A stretch of DNA of 36,119 bases, taken from assembly GCA_947090725.1 (NCBI GenBank), contig CAMUPJ010000001.1:1-36119 (forward strand), given 5' to 3'. Made by a program: the position numbers and the translations under genes. The stretch is from an uncultured Clostridia bacterium (lineage in GTDB: Bacteria; Bacillota; Clostridia; Christensenellales; Pumilibacteraceae). The notes under the pieces are model-generated. The model saw only the letters and a list, made by a program, of their open reading frames with translations, searched no databases and was not told the DNA's origin. This document shows positions 27,562-36,119 of this stretch, piece after piece. How positions within the stretch are numbered: position 1 is the first letter of the stretch; the number at the start of each line of letters is the position of its first letter.

Positions 27562-28926
27562 TTATCGCACCGGGTAGTTTCCCGTAAAGCATGCGTCGCA
27601 ATACCCGAAATCTTCGCGCAATCCTATTCTGCCGAGCGCCTCGATGGGCAGATAGCCGATAGAGTCGGCGCCCAACTTTTTGCAGATTTCTTCCTGCGAA
27701 TACTTGACCGCAAGCAGTTCCTTTTTGCTGGGAATATCCGTTCCGTAATAGCAAGGCCACAAAAACGGAGGAGACGCCACCCGCATATGCACTTCTTTGG
27801 CGCCTGCGTCTTTGAGCATCTTGATGAGGTTGGCGCTGGTGGTGCCGCGCACGATAGAGTCGTCTACCATGATGATCCGCTTGCCTGCCACGTTGCTACG
27901 GAGTACGTTGAGCTTGATGGAAACGGCCATTTCGCGCTCGGCTTGCGTCTGCTTGATAAAGGTACGCCCCGTATAGCGGTTACGCACCAATCCGTCGCCG
28001 TACGGAATACCGCTCTGCGCGGCGTATCCGTGCGCAAAACTGGTGCCGCTGTCGGGCACGCCGATTACCATATCGGCATCGACGGGATACGCAAGCGCCA
28101 ATTGCTTCCCCGTTTCCACGCGTGTTTTGTATACGCTCACGCCGTCGATCACCGAATCGGGACGGGCAAAATACACATATTCGAATACGCAAAGGCTGGG
28201 CTTTTTGCCGCAGAAATTCTTAAAACTCGTCAGCTTGCCGCCCTGCTCGATGAGCACGACTTCTCCCGGCTCTACGTCGCGCACAAACTCGGCGCGCATT
28301 ACGTCGAGCGCCACGCTCTCGCTGGCCAGCACGTAGGAATTGCCGATCTTGCCGATACACAGCGGGCGGAAGCCTTGCGGATCGCGGATGCCGAGAAGTT
28401 TGCGCGGCGACATGAGCACCATGCTGTACGCTCCCTCGATCTGCTCCATGACTTTGAGAACTGCCGCTTCGATGCTTTTCGTTTTGGTGCGGGCAATGGC
28501 AATCAGGTGCATAATCACTTCGATCTCGTTGGTGGACTGGAAGATTGCGCCGCCCGATTCCAATTCTTCCCGCAATTCCTTGGCGTTGATGATCGCGCCG
28601 TTGTGCGCCAGCGTAATGCTGCCTTTGCAGTAACGGGACACAAGCGGTTGCGCGTTTTCTTTGAGTTGGTCGCCCTCTTTGGCGTACCGCACGTGCGCCA
28701 CGCCGATGTTGCCGGGCAACTGCGCGATGGACTGCTCGTCGAACACCTCGCTGACCAGTCCTTTATCTTTCACCTGATGCAGATGCGCGTCGTCGTTGGT
28801 CACGATGCCGCAACTCTGCTGTCCGCGATGTTGCAGTGCGAACAGTCCGGTATACAGCATGTGCGCTACATTGTAGCCGTCGTTGTCATAGAATCCGAGT
28901 ACGCCGCATTCTTCGTTCAGTTTCAT
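27562..28926 (-). CDS. purF: Amidophosphoribosyltransferase (454 aa)
   Basis: Propeptide-EEC|G, LQHRGQ, CVFEYVYFARPDS, VDDSIVRGTTS, PCYYG, CDAC; AAGGAG RBS. Confidence 0.95.
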   Translation of the reverse strand: MKLNEECGVLGFYDNDGYNVAHMLYTGLFALQHRGQQSCGIVTNDDAHLHQVKDKGLVSEVFDEQSIAQLPGNIGVAHVRYAKEGDQLKENAQPLVSRYCKGSITLAHNGAIINAKELREELESGGAIFQSTNEIEVIMHLIAIARTKTKSIEAAVLKVMEQIEGAYSMVLMSPRKLLGIRDPQGFRPLCIGKIGNSYVLASESVALDVMRAEFVRDVEPGEVVLIEQGGKLTSFKNFCGKKPSLCVFEYVYFARPDSVIDGVSVYKTRVETGKQLALAYPVDADMVIGVPDSGTSFAHGYAAQSGIPYGDGLVRNRYTGRTFIKQTQAEREMAVSIKLNVLRSNVAGKRIIMVDDSIVRGTTSANLIKMLKDAGAKEVHMRVASPPFLWPCYYGTDIPSKKELLAVKYSQEEICKKLGADSIGYLPIEALGRIGLREDFGYCDACFTGNYPVR

Positions 28927-28967
28927 ACGTATGATTCTCCTTGTCGCCAAACAGTCCCGAAAGACCG

Positions 28968-30419
28968 TCATTGTTTATTCTTTTCTTCCAGATTCTTGGT
29001 CATTTCATACAGCGTCATGCTCATGGCAATATCCTGCTCGTGCGCCTGCTCTCCGTATTTATCCACGTCCACCACGTTCTTGTCCCCGTGGCTGAGACAA
29101 AGCGGACCGTTGAGACAGCCGCCCTCGCAAGCCATACCTTCCAAAAAGTTTTCGGGGAGTTTGCCTGCATTGAGACGCAACATCGCCACGCGGATCTGCT
29201 CGAGACCGTTGAGCGCAAGCGGGCATATCTCTTTCGTGAGTCCGTACTTTTCTTTGAGTTCCTTTACGCCTTGCGTAATACCGCCGCTCTTGGCAAAAAT
29301 ACGGCCGTACTTCGAGGCGTTATTGAGCGGAGATTCGGGAAGCGTGGAAACGTCGATTCCGCGCGCATCCAAAAACGCCTGCAATTCCTCGAAGGAAATC
29401 ACGCAGTCCACCGCGCCTTTGGTTTTCTCCAGCTTATACTCGTGCTTTTTGGAAGCGCAAGGCCCGATAAATACGACTTTGCTGTCGGGGTTGGTGCGCT
29501 TGATCAGTTGCGCGATTTCCACCATGGGACTGGGGGAATGCGATATGTACGGGACCAGTTTGGGGAAATGCCGTTCGATATACATCACGAAACTCGGGCA
29601 ACAACTGGTGGTCATTCTGTCGCGCTCTTTGAATTCCTCCATCTCCTTGCCCAGCGTGATATCGGCGCCCATGGCCGTTTCGATCACCTGGTGGAATCCG
29701 AGTTCCTTGATGCCCTCGACGATCTGCTCTATTTTGGCATATTTGAATTGGCTCACGATGGCGGGTGCTATGATAGCGTATACTTTGCGCTTGCTCTGCT
29801 CCGCCTCTTTGAGAATCTCCACACAGTCCAATACGTACGACTTGTCCACGATCGCGCCGAACGGACAGCTTTGCACGCAAGCGCCGCACATGACGCATTT
29901 GTCGTTATCGATCTTGGCGGTTTTGTCCTCGCTGATCTTGAGCGCATTGATCTTGCATGCCTTCACGCACGGACGCGCCAACTCGATGATCGCGCCGTAC
30001 GGACAGCTCTTGGCGCATCTTCCGCACTCCACGCATTTTTCCGCGTCGATCTTGGCGGTGCGCCCGTCGATGGAAATCGCACCGCGCGGACACGATTCCA
30101 TACATTTGTGATTGATGCAACCGCGGCAGGCAGGCGTAACGAAATAACTTTCCATGGGGCACTCGTCGCAAGCAACCGGCAACGTCTCTATCACGTTGGG
30201 ATTACTGCTGTCGCCCCCCATCGCCATACGCACGCGTTCGGAAAGAACGGCGCGCTCTTTGTAGATGCAACAACGCATATCCGATTTCGGCCCGGGCACG
30301 ATCTCTTTGGGAATATCGTACATGCACTGCTCGAGCGTTCCCGCATAGGCGCGCTCGATTACTGCCTTGAGCACCTTATATTTCAATAATTGAACTTTTG
30401 TATCAAATACTCTTTCCAT
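28968..30419 (-). CDS. Monomeric group B-type [FeFe] hydrogenase with N-terminal 4Fe-4S domains (HfsD-like)
   Basis: H-cluster motifs TSCCP, GPCASKKHE and EGMACEGGCLNG; several CxxCxxCxxxCP ferredoxin motifs. Confidence 0.93.
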   Translation of the reverse strand: MERVFDTKVQLLKYKVLKAVIERAYAGTLEQCMYDIPKEIVPGPKSDMRCCIYKERAVLSERVRMAMGGDSSNPNVIETLPVACDECPMESYFVTPACRGCINHKCMESCPRGAISIDGRTAKIDAEKCVECGRCAKSCPYGAIIELARPCVKACKINALKISEDKTAKIDNDKCVMCGACVQSCPFGAIVDKSYVLDCVEILKEAEQSKRKVYAIIAPAIVSQFKYAKIEQIVEGIKELGFHQVIETAMGADITLGKEMEEFKERDRMTTSCCPSFVMYIERHFPKLVPYISHSPSPMVEIAQLIKRTNPDSKVVFIGPCASKKHEYKLEKTKGAVDCVISFEELQAFLDARGIDVSTLPESPLNNASKYGRIFAKSGGITQGVKELKEKYGLTKEICPLALNGLEQIRVAMLRLNAGKLPENFLEGMACEGGCLNGPLCLSHGDKNVVDVDKYGEQAHEQDIAMSMTLYEMTKNLEEKNKQ

Positions 30420-30519
30420 TTTTTACACCGTCACACGCTTTTGTAAAAAGCTCCGCAAACTTTTGCCGCATTACGTTCGTATCGCAAAGTTTTTTACCGT
30501 CGTTTTGTTTTGCTGACAA

Positions 30520-30548
30520 ATTATATCACAAAACCGCTTCGCTAGCAA
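30520..30548 (-). promoter_or_regulatory. Internal sigmaA promoter upstream of the catalytic hydrogenase gene
   Basis: TTGCTA-17 bp-TATAAT with a TG extension. Confidence 0.7.
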
Positions 30549-30554
30549 TCATAT

Positions 30555-31721
30555 TCAGTAATATTTTATTTCCACTTTTTTGTTAAGGGACTTGCAGATG
30601 TTGATGAGTCGGACAACGGCATCCAATTTGGTCTTGTTGTCTATCCCCAAACCCTCGTGCGCCAGATTGACGCCGCGCCCCACAAACAGATTGACCGCGC
30701 TGGCCTCCACCAAAAGAATCTGCGCCAATTGGCTCGCGCCGTCCTTCCCTTTGAACAGCTTGATATCCGGATCGGAAACGGACACGTATTTTTCGGCGAT
30801 CTGCAACAGTCTCTTGAGGGTGAGCACGCCTTCGCAAGTCAGGTCGATTCCGTCGATGTATCCGATGGGCGGCACGTCTTTGTCGGGGTAATCGAACCCG
30901 GCGCGCACTTCGGTGTGCAATTCCCGCGCCACCACCTGACTGCTGGTTCCGCCGCACACCACGCGTTTCCCTTCCTGCGCCATAAACTCCCGCACCACCA
31001 GCGAATCGCTGTCGGGGGAAGAAGGCGGACCGATCATCATATTGACGGTAAGCGGCGCGCGGTACTTGACGGCCAAAACGGTGGTATCGTCGCCGGGACG
31101 GTGCCCGTACAACTCGTAGCACGCATTGGCCATGACGCTCGCCATGGTCCGCGCCGAAAGCGAAGGATCGTACTGAATTTCGGCAAACTCGCGAATCTCT
31201 TTGATGTCCCATCCGAAGTTGAGCGTCTCGCCGATGCCGGCATGTACTACACCGTCGCTCATCAGAAGCACACAGTCTCCGCGGCGGAAAGCGATTTTGC
31301 TCAAGTACAGCTTTTTCCCGCCGCAAATGCGCTCTGCCCGCTCGAGCGGCACGCTTGCGCCGTCGCGCAGTAAAATCGCGGGGGGATTATCGAATTCCGC
31401 CAGATACCCTTCCCCCCTTTCGGTCACGGTAAGAAGCGAAAAGGTGGAGTACGCCACCCCCCTCTCGCGGCACACCGGCAAACTGCCGGCAATGGTATCG
31501 ATGCACTCCTCCAGCGGCACGCCCGCCGCCGCCATGGTGCACAGGATTTTGCTGGTAAGCGTGGAAAGAATGTTCGCCTTTACCCCGCTCCCCAATCCGT
31601 CGGCCAGCACGAGCGTGGCGCCGCCGTCCGCCGCGGGTATGATCTCCACTTTGTCGCCGCAAAGCTCTTCGCCCTTTTTGTTGAGCGACACGTATCCGTA
31701 TTCGAGAACGTCCGACCCCAT
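30555..31721 (-). CDS. SpoIIE/PP2C-family Ser/Thr phosphatase (HfsC-like, 388 aa)
   Basis: LCGD, VLADGLGSGVKANILS, MSDGVVHAG, PGDDTT, VVCGGTS, DLTCEGVLTL. Confidence 0.92.
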   Translation of the reverse strand: MGSDVLEYGYVSLNKKGEELCGDKVEIIPAADGGATLVLADGLGSGVKANILSTLTSKILCTMAAAGVPLEECIDTIAGSLPVCRERGVAYSTFSLLTVTERGEGYLAEFDNPPAILLRDGASVPLERAERICGGKKLYLSKIAFRRGDCVLLMSDGVVHAGIGETLNFGWDIKEIREFAEIQYDPSLSARTMASVMANACYELYGHRPGDDTTVLAVKYRAPLTVNMMIGPPSSPDSDSLVVREFMAQEGKRVVCGGTSSQVVARELHTEVRAGFDYPDKDVPPIGYIDGIDLTCEGVLTLKRLLQIAEKYVSVSDPDIKLFKGKDGASQLAQILLVEASAVNLFVGRGVNLAHEGLGIDNKTKLDAVVRLINICKSLNKKVEIKYY

Positions 31722-31725
31722 GGTT

Positions 31726-33441
31726 TCACCCGTCCTTGCGTTCGGAACGCGTCTCGGCGGAAATCGCATCGCGCATCTTCAGGAGCGCGATCTTCGTTTC
31801 GGCAGTCGTTTCTCCCAAAAGAGAGGCGATCTCCTGCACGACGCGCATTTGCTTACTGACCACGTTTTCCGCTACCTCCGCCGTCTCTTCGCGTATCTTG
31901 TCGAGTCGGCGGTTGTAATCTTCTTCTTCCGTCACGTCTTTGAGAATGCAAATCAACAGGTTTTGGCCGCGCACTTTCCGGATGCTCATTTCCGCCCATT
32001 TGCCCGTCTTGTCGATCTGCACTTTGCGGTCGGTCACATATTCGTTTTCGTACAACGCGCGGTAAAAATCGGCGGGGTTATAGAATTTTTCCAGCGGTTC
32101 TCCCTTGGCCGCCGATTTTACGGTACCGAGCAGTTGCGCCGCCTTCTCGTTGATTTCCAGCAGACACATATCGCTGTCCACCGCAAAAATTCCGTTGGGA
32201 GTGTTCTGGATAATGTCGTACGACAATCCCTCGGCGCGCTCGCGCATATACGGCACGCACATGCTGATTTCCGCCAGTCCGTTGTAGACGGCAATCGCTT
32301 TCTCCCTGCACGTATTGTACCCGCAAGCGCCGCAGTTGAGTTCGTCTTCGGGGCGCGTCTTGCCGGTAGCCGCCAAAATCTTGCGGATCTCCTCTTCCGA
32401 CGGCACCCTGCGGCCGTCGGCAATCTTTTTGTAGCTGTGGGAAATATCGAGTGCCCCTATCGGCGGAGGAGACGCCTCGCCCGTCTTGGCATAAGCGCGC
32501 ACCGTTTCGGTCGCCTTGATGAATCCGCCCTGCGCACGGTTTCGCGCGCACGGCCCGTTGATGCACGAAAATTCGCAAGCGTGCATCTCGATAAACATGC
32601 CCGAAAGCGTATCGATATTGGCCAGCACCTCTTTGGCGCGCGCCAGCCCGTCTACGCTTATGTACTCGTACTGCGCATTGTAGCCGTCAAACGATTTGAT
32701 GATGCCGCGGTTGATGGGGTAATACCGCGCCGTATTTTTCACCGCCTGCGAAAAATCGGGCGAAGCCGTCGCCGCTACCTCGGCAGGTTCCGTCTCGATA
32801 CCCGCCTCGGAAAACATCGTATACAATTCTTCAAAGGTCAGCACCGCATCGATCACGCCGCTTTCGTCCGCTTCACGTTTTTTGGCGATGCACGGTCCCA
32901 AAAAGACGATTTTGCAGTCGGGATGTTGCGCGCGAAGCATTTTGGCATGCGCCACCATAGGGCTGTCTACGGGCGCCAGATAGCGGAGCACATCGGGATA
33001 ATACATCTGTATGAGCCGCACGATCGACGGGCAAGCCGATGCAATCAGGTTGCGATACTTGCCGCCGTCCAAAAGTTTGGCGTAGCGATCGGTAACTTCC
33101 CGCGCGCCGTCCGCCGTTTCGCAGGCATCGGCAAACCCGAGAGAAACCAGCGCTTTTTTGAACGCGGCGAAATCGGGGGCAAAGCCGGCCGCAAATGCCG
33201 GCGCCACCGACGCAATGACTTTCTTTTTTCCTCCCAGCAATTTGCGCACCGCCGCCATATCGTTTACGACCTCTTTGGCGTTGAAACTGCATACGCTCGT
33301 GCAATGCCCGCACAATACGCACAGATCTTCACGGATCCGCGCGCGATCGCCGAGAACGGTAATTGCCTTGACGGGACACTCCCGCAAGCACTTGTAGCAA
33401 TTTTTGCAATTGGCCTGCTTGAAATTCAGATATTCTCTCAT
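31726..33441 (-). CDS. PAS-domain sensory (group C) [FeFe] hydrogenase (HfsB/HydS-like)
   Basis: Two 4Fe-4S motifs; ASACP, GPCIAKKRE and EMHACEFSCING; extra FeS motif CGACGYNTC; PAS domain; C-terminal KQMRVVQEIASLLGETTAETK. Confidence 0.93.
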   Translation of the reverse strand: MREYLNFKQANCKNCYKCLRECPVKAITVLGDRARIREDLCVLCGHCTSVCSFNAKEVVNDMAAVRKLLGGKKKVIASVAPAFAAGFAPDFAAFKKALVSLGFADACETADGAREVTDRYAKLLDGGKYRNLIASACPSIVRLIQMYYPDVLRYLAPVDSPMVAHAKMLRAQHPDCKIVFLGPCIAKKREADESGVIDAVLTFEELYTMFSEAGIETEPAEVAATASPDFSQAVKNTARYYPINRGIIKSFDGYNAQYEYISVDGLARAKEVLANIDTLSGMFIEMHACEFSCINGPCARNRAQGGFIKATETVRAYAKTGEASPPPIGALDISHSYKKIADGRRVPSEEEIRKILAATGKTRPEDELNCGACGYNTCREKAIAVYNGLAEISMCVPYMRERAEGLSYDIIQNTPNGIFAVDSDMCLLEINEKAAQLLGTVKSAAKGEPLEKFYNPADFYRALYENEYVTDRKVQIDKTGKWAEMSIRKVRGQNLLICILKDVTEEEDYNRRLDKIREETAEVAENVVSKQMRVVQEIASLLGETTAETKIALLKMRDAISAETRSERKDG

Positions 33442-33480
33442 TGGATTTCTCCGCTTTTATAAAAACTCGGTAATTTCATC

Positions 33481-33524
33481 GGATTGCCGCGGTGTTGTCA
33501 TTGCGAGCGTAGCGCGGCAATCTC
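33481..33524. repeat. REP-like palindrome (TGTC/CGTC-tagged type) plus a truncated inverted partner
   Basis: TGTCATTGCGAGCGTAGCGCGGCAATCTC at 33496-33524; GATTGCCGCG (33482-33491) is the reverse complement of CGCGGCAATC (33513-33522). Confidence 0.65.
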
Positions 33525-33544
33525 TTGGGTAACGCGTCACACCG

Positions 33545-33787
33545 CTATTTGGTATGTAAAACTTTTTCGGCAAAGATCGCCTCTACCGTTTCGGGCGTGA
33601 CTCCCTCCCAGAACTCGCCGTCGCACGTCACCGTCACTCCGGTACCGCACTTGCCGAGACAAAAGCTTGCCGCCAAATTCACTTTGCCTTCCAGCGCGTT
33701 GTCGGCCACAAGCTTTTTCAATTTTTCGATGACTTCGTAGCTACCGCGCAAATGACACGACGATCCGATACACACTCTGATTTCCAT
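33545..33787 (-). CDS. Thioredoxin-like [2Fe-2S] ferredoxin (HfsA-like, 80 aa)
   Basis: VCIGSSCHLRGS...ASFCLGKC; GGAGG RBS before ATG 33787. Confidence 0.92.
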   Translation of the reverse strand: MEIRVCIGSSCHLRGSYEVIEKLKKLVADNALEGKVNLAASFCLGKCGTGVTVTCDGEFWEGVTPETVEAIFAEKVLHTK

Positions 33788-33841
33788 AATTTCCTCCGAT
33801 TGGTTGCTATCGCAATTCGCTTTGGTAATCCATATGCTATG

Positions 33842-33870
33842 AGTATACCACAGTTTCACTTTCATTGCAA
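33842..33870 (-). promoter_or_regulatory. sigmaA promoter of the hfs-like operon
   Basis: TTGCAA-17 bp-TATACT with a TG extension. Confidence 0.75.
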
Positions 33871-33997
33871 TAGTTTTTTCTCGATGCCCGCCCTTTCTTA
33901 CAAAAAAAGGCACCGTATTTCCGTAAAGCAACACAAAACGCACAGCCAGTAAAAGCCGTGCGTTTTCGTTTGCTTTCTTTGTGCGTTGCGTTTTATT

Positions 33998-35797
33998 TTA
34001 CAACAGTTTGATGAGCAACGCCGCCAATGCCGCACTGTCGTCGACGGGCAGATTCTCCTGCAAGAGCGCCGCATTGTAGAGCGCAAGCGTGTAGTCGGCG
34101 AACTTCCCGTCGCTCGGTTCGAGCGTCGCGAGCCGCGCAAACGACGGATGGTCGGGATTGACTTCCAGCACGCGGGCGGCGCTGATCCCTTCGCTTCCCG
34201 GCATGGCGCGGAGTACTTTCTCCATTTCGAGCGAAATATCGCTGTCGCTCGTAAGGCAAACGGCGGCCGATTTAAGGCGCGCGGTCAGGCGCACGTCTTT
34301 TACTTTCGCGCCGAGAATCTCTTTCATTTCGGAAAGCGTCGCCGAATAGTCTTCCGTTTTTTTCTCCAACTCCGCTTTTTGCTCGTCGGTCACGGCGTCG
34401 GCGTCTTTATCGGCGACCGAAACGAATTTCTTGCCGTCGTAATTTTCGATCATTTTGATCACAAATTCGTCGATACCGTCTTTGAGACAAAGTATTTCGT
34501 AGCCTTTGTCGAGGAATACTTCCACCTGCGGCAACGCTTTAATCGCTTCCACACTCGGCCCCGACGCATAGTAGATGTTTTCCTGTCCTTCCTTCATGCC
34601 CGCCGCGTATTCGGCAAAAGTGACCTGTTTGTCCGCACTCGACGCAAACAACAGCAAATCTTTGATCTCGTCTTTCTTGGCGCCGAAATTTTCGTACGCG
34701 CCCATTTTGAGCGAATTGCCGAACTGCGCGTACATCTTTTCGTATCCTTCCCGATCGCTTTTGAGCCACTTGGCGAGTTCGCTCCGCAGTTTTTTCTCCA
34801 GCGATACGGCGATCGCGCGCAACTGCCGATCTTTTTGCAAGAGTTCGCGCGAGATATTGAGACTGATGTCCGCCGAATCGACCAAGCCTTTCATAAAACC
34901 GAGATAGTCGGGCAGAAGATCGCCGCACTGCTCCATAATTAGCACGCCGCCGCTATAGAGCGAAAGCCCTTTTTTGTAGTCGCGCGTGTAATAGTCGAAG
35001 GGTGCGCGCTCCGGCACAAACACCAGCATGGAATAGTTGATATTGCCCTCCACTTGCGCGGCAAAAACCTGTGCGGGATCGAGATAATCGAAGAACTTGT
35101 CCTTATAGAACTGCGCGTATTCTTCCTTCTTGACTTCCGACTTGCGCTTACGCCACAACGGAACCATGCTGTTGAGCGTCTTATCCCCCAAGACGATGGG
35201 ATAACGGATATAGTCGGAATATTTTTTGATCAGCCGCGTAAGCGTATGTTCGTGCAGAAATTCCCCGTAGGCACAATCCTCGTCGTCGGCTTTGAGGTGC
35301 AAGACGATTTGCGTACCCGTGTCGGCATAGTCGCAAGGCGCGATCGTATATCCGTCCGCTCCCTCGCTCTCCCACTTGTACGCTTCGTTTTCTCCCGCTT
35401 TACGGCTGTATACCGTCACTTTGTCGGCCACCATAAACGCCGAATAAAATCCCACGCCGAACTGGCCGATGAGATTTTCGTCGGTTTTTTCTTTTTCTTT
35501 GAACTCCCGCGTGCCGCTGCGGGCGATCGTACCCAGATTGTTTTCCATCTCCTCGCGCGTCATACCGCAACCGTTATCGGTAAGCGTAAGCGTGCGGGCG
35601 CTCTCGTCGGGCGCAAGGAGGATTTTCCATTCGGCGGCAAGGCTCGCCTTTGTCAGACTCATAAAGTGCCGTTTGTCGATGGCGTCGCTGCAATTGCTGA
35701 TAAGCTCGCGCAAAAAGATTTCGCGATTGGTATAAATGGAATTGATCATCAGATCGAGCAATTTCTTCGATTCGGCTTTGAATTGTTTCTTTGCCAT
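33998..35797 (-). CDS. htpG: Molecular chaperone HtpG/Hsp90 (599 aa)
   Basis: IFLRELISN, DNGCGM, NLGTIARSGT, IGQFGVGFYSAF, LNISRELLQ, LEVNPDHP; AAGGAG RBS. Confidence 0.98.
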   Translation of the reverse strand: MAKKQFKAESKKLLDLMINSIYTNREIFLRELISNCSDAIDKRHFMSLTKASLAAEWKILLAPDESARTLTLTDNGCGMTREEMENNLGTIARSGTREFKEKEKTDENLIGQFGVGFYSAFMVADKVTVYSRKAGENEAYKWESEGADGYTIAPCDYADTGTQIVLHLKADDEDCAYGEFLHEHTLTRLIKKYSDYIRYPIVLGDKTLNSMVPLWRKRKSEVKKEEYAQFYKDKFFDYLDPAQVFAAQVEGNINYSMLVFVPERAPFDYYTRDYKKGLSLYSGGVLIMEQCGDLLPDYLGFMKGLVDSADISLNISRELLQKDRQLRAIAVSLEKKLRSELAKWLKSDREGYEKMYAQFGNSLKMGAYENFGAKKDEIKDLLLFASSADKQVTFAEYAAGMKEGQENIYYASGPSVEAIKALPQVEVFLDKGYEILCLKDGIDEFVIKMIENYDGKKFVSVADKDADAVTDEQKAELEKKTEDYSATLSEMKEILGAKVKDVRLTARLKSAAVCLTSDSDISLEMEKVLRAMPGSEGISAARVLEVNPDHPSFARLATLEPSDGKFADYTLALYNAALLQENLPVDDSAALAALLIKLL

Positions 35798-35833
35798 GAT
35801 GCGATTCTCTCCTTCATTTTCGTAAACGCAACC

Positions 35834-35862
35834 AGTATACACCATATTCGGCAAAAAAGCAA
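35834..35862 (-). promoter_or_regulatory. sigmaA promoter of htpG
   Basis: TTGCTT-17 bp-TATACT. Confidence 0.65.
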
Positions 35863-35977
35863 GAACGTACATACATTTATTGTCTGTCGAAAAGTCTGTT
35901 TTTCGGGAGAGCATTCGCAAAAATATGCTTGTTTTTTAAGCAAGCCGTCATGCGTTTATCACAAATACCATGTATAC

Positions 35978-36110
35978 TGTGTATGTAAATATCCCAAAAA
36001 GCATATTTACATACGCAAGATAAAAAATTCGCGACGGCGTTCCTCCTTTGTAAAATAAGTTTTTTCATCATCTTCCTTTTTTCAAAAAACTTGCGCCGTC
36101 GCGAATTTTT
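35978..36110. other. Two adjacent long inverted repeats (candidate structured RNA or MITE-like element)
   Basis: TGTGTATGTAAATAT (35978-35992)/ATATTTACATACGCA (36003-36017); AAAAATTCGCGACGGCG (36023-36039)/CGCCGTCGCGAATTTTT (36094-36110) with inner AAGTTTTTT/AAAAAACTT. Confidence 0.7.
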
Positions 36111-36119
36111 ATACAATTA

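Noticed and set aside
27475-30111. 878-aa plus-strand ORF
   Set aside because: Antisense shadow of purF and the hydrogenase; no motifs or RBS.
31201-33462. 753-aa plus-strand ORF (and similar long ORFs at 5056-6735, 8814-10214, 16032-17462, 25581-27233)
   Set aside because: Antisense to well-supported genes; expected from codon bias at this GC content.
35798-35940. CIRCE, CtsR or LexA sites upstream of htpG
   Set aside because: No TTAGCACTC-N9-GAGTGCTAA and no CtsR heptad repeats; GAACgtacATAC is only a partial SOS-box match.
35877-36116. 79-aa minus-strand ORF at the right end
   Set aside because: Runs through AT-rich inverted repeats, with atypical composition and no recognisable motif.

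Overview
Gene-dense chromosomal segment of an anaerobic, probably spore-forming Clostridia-like Firmicute (inferred from gene content and sigmaA/E/F-type promoter motifs). In order it carries: a YugP-type Zn peptidase (partial); a divergent pair of hypothetical genes with sigmaF- and sigmaE-like promoters; an orphan rhamnulokinase; an orphan sugar-binding lipoprotein; a feoA-feoA-feoB-Cys-rich operon with a divergent DtxR/MntR regulator; a SWIM-SNF2 helicase gene interrupted by one in-frame TAG; an acidic hypothetical protein, alkD and degV; a fabH-acpP-fabD-fabG-fabF-accB-accC-accD-accA cluster lacking fabZ and fabK; a C-terminally shortened flavodiiron protein followed by a structured mosaic tandem repeat array; a Na/Pi transporter-ribokinase-PHP operon; a PurF with an altered glutamine pocket; an hfsABCD-type H2-sensing/[FeFe]-hydrogenase cluster containing a REP-like palindrome; htpG; and a double-hairpin element at the right end. 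I saw no rRNA, tRNA, CRISPR array, transposase or integrase. All calls come from reading motifs by eye; no database searches were run.
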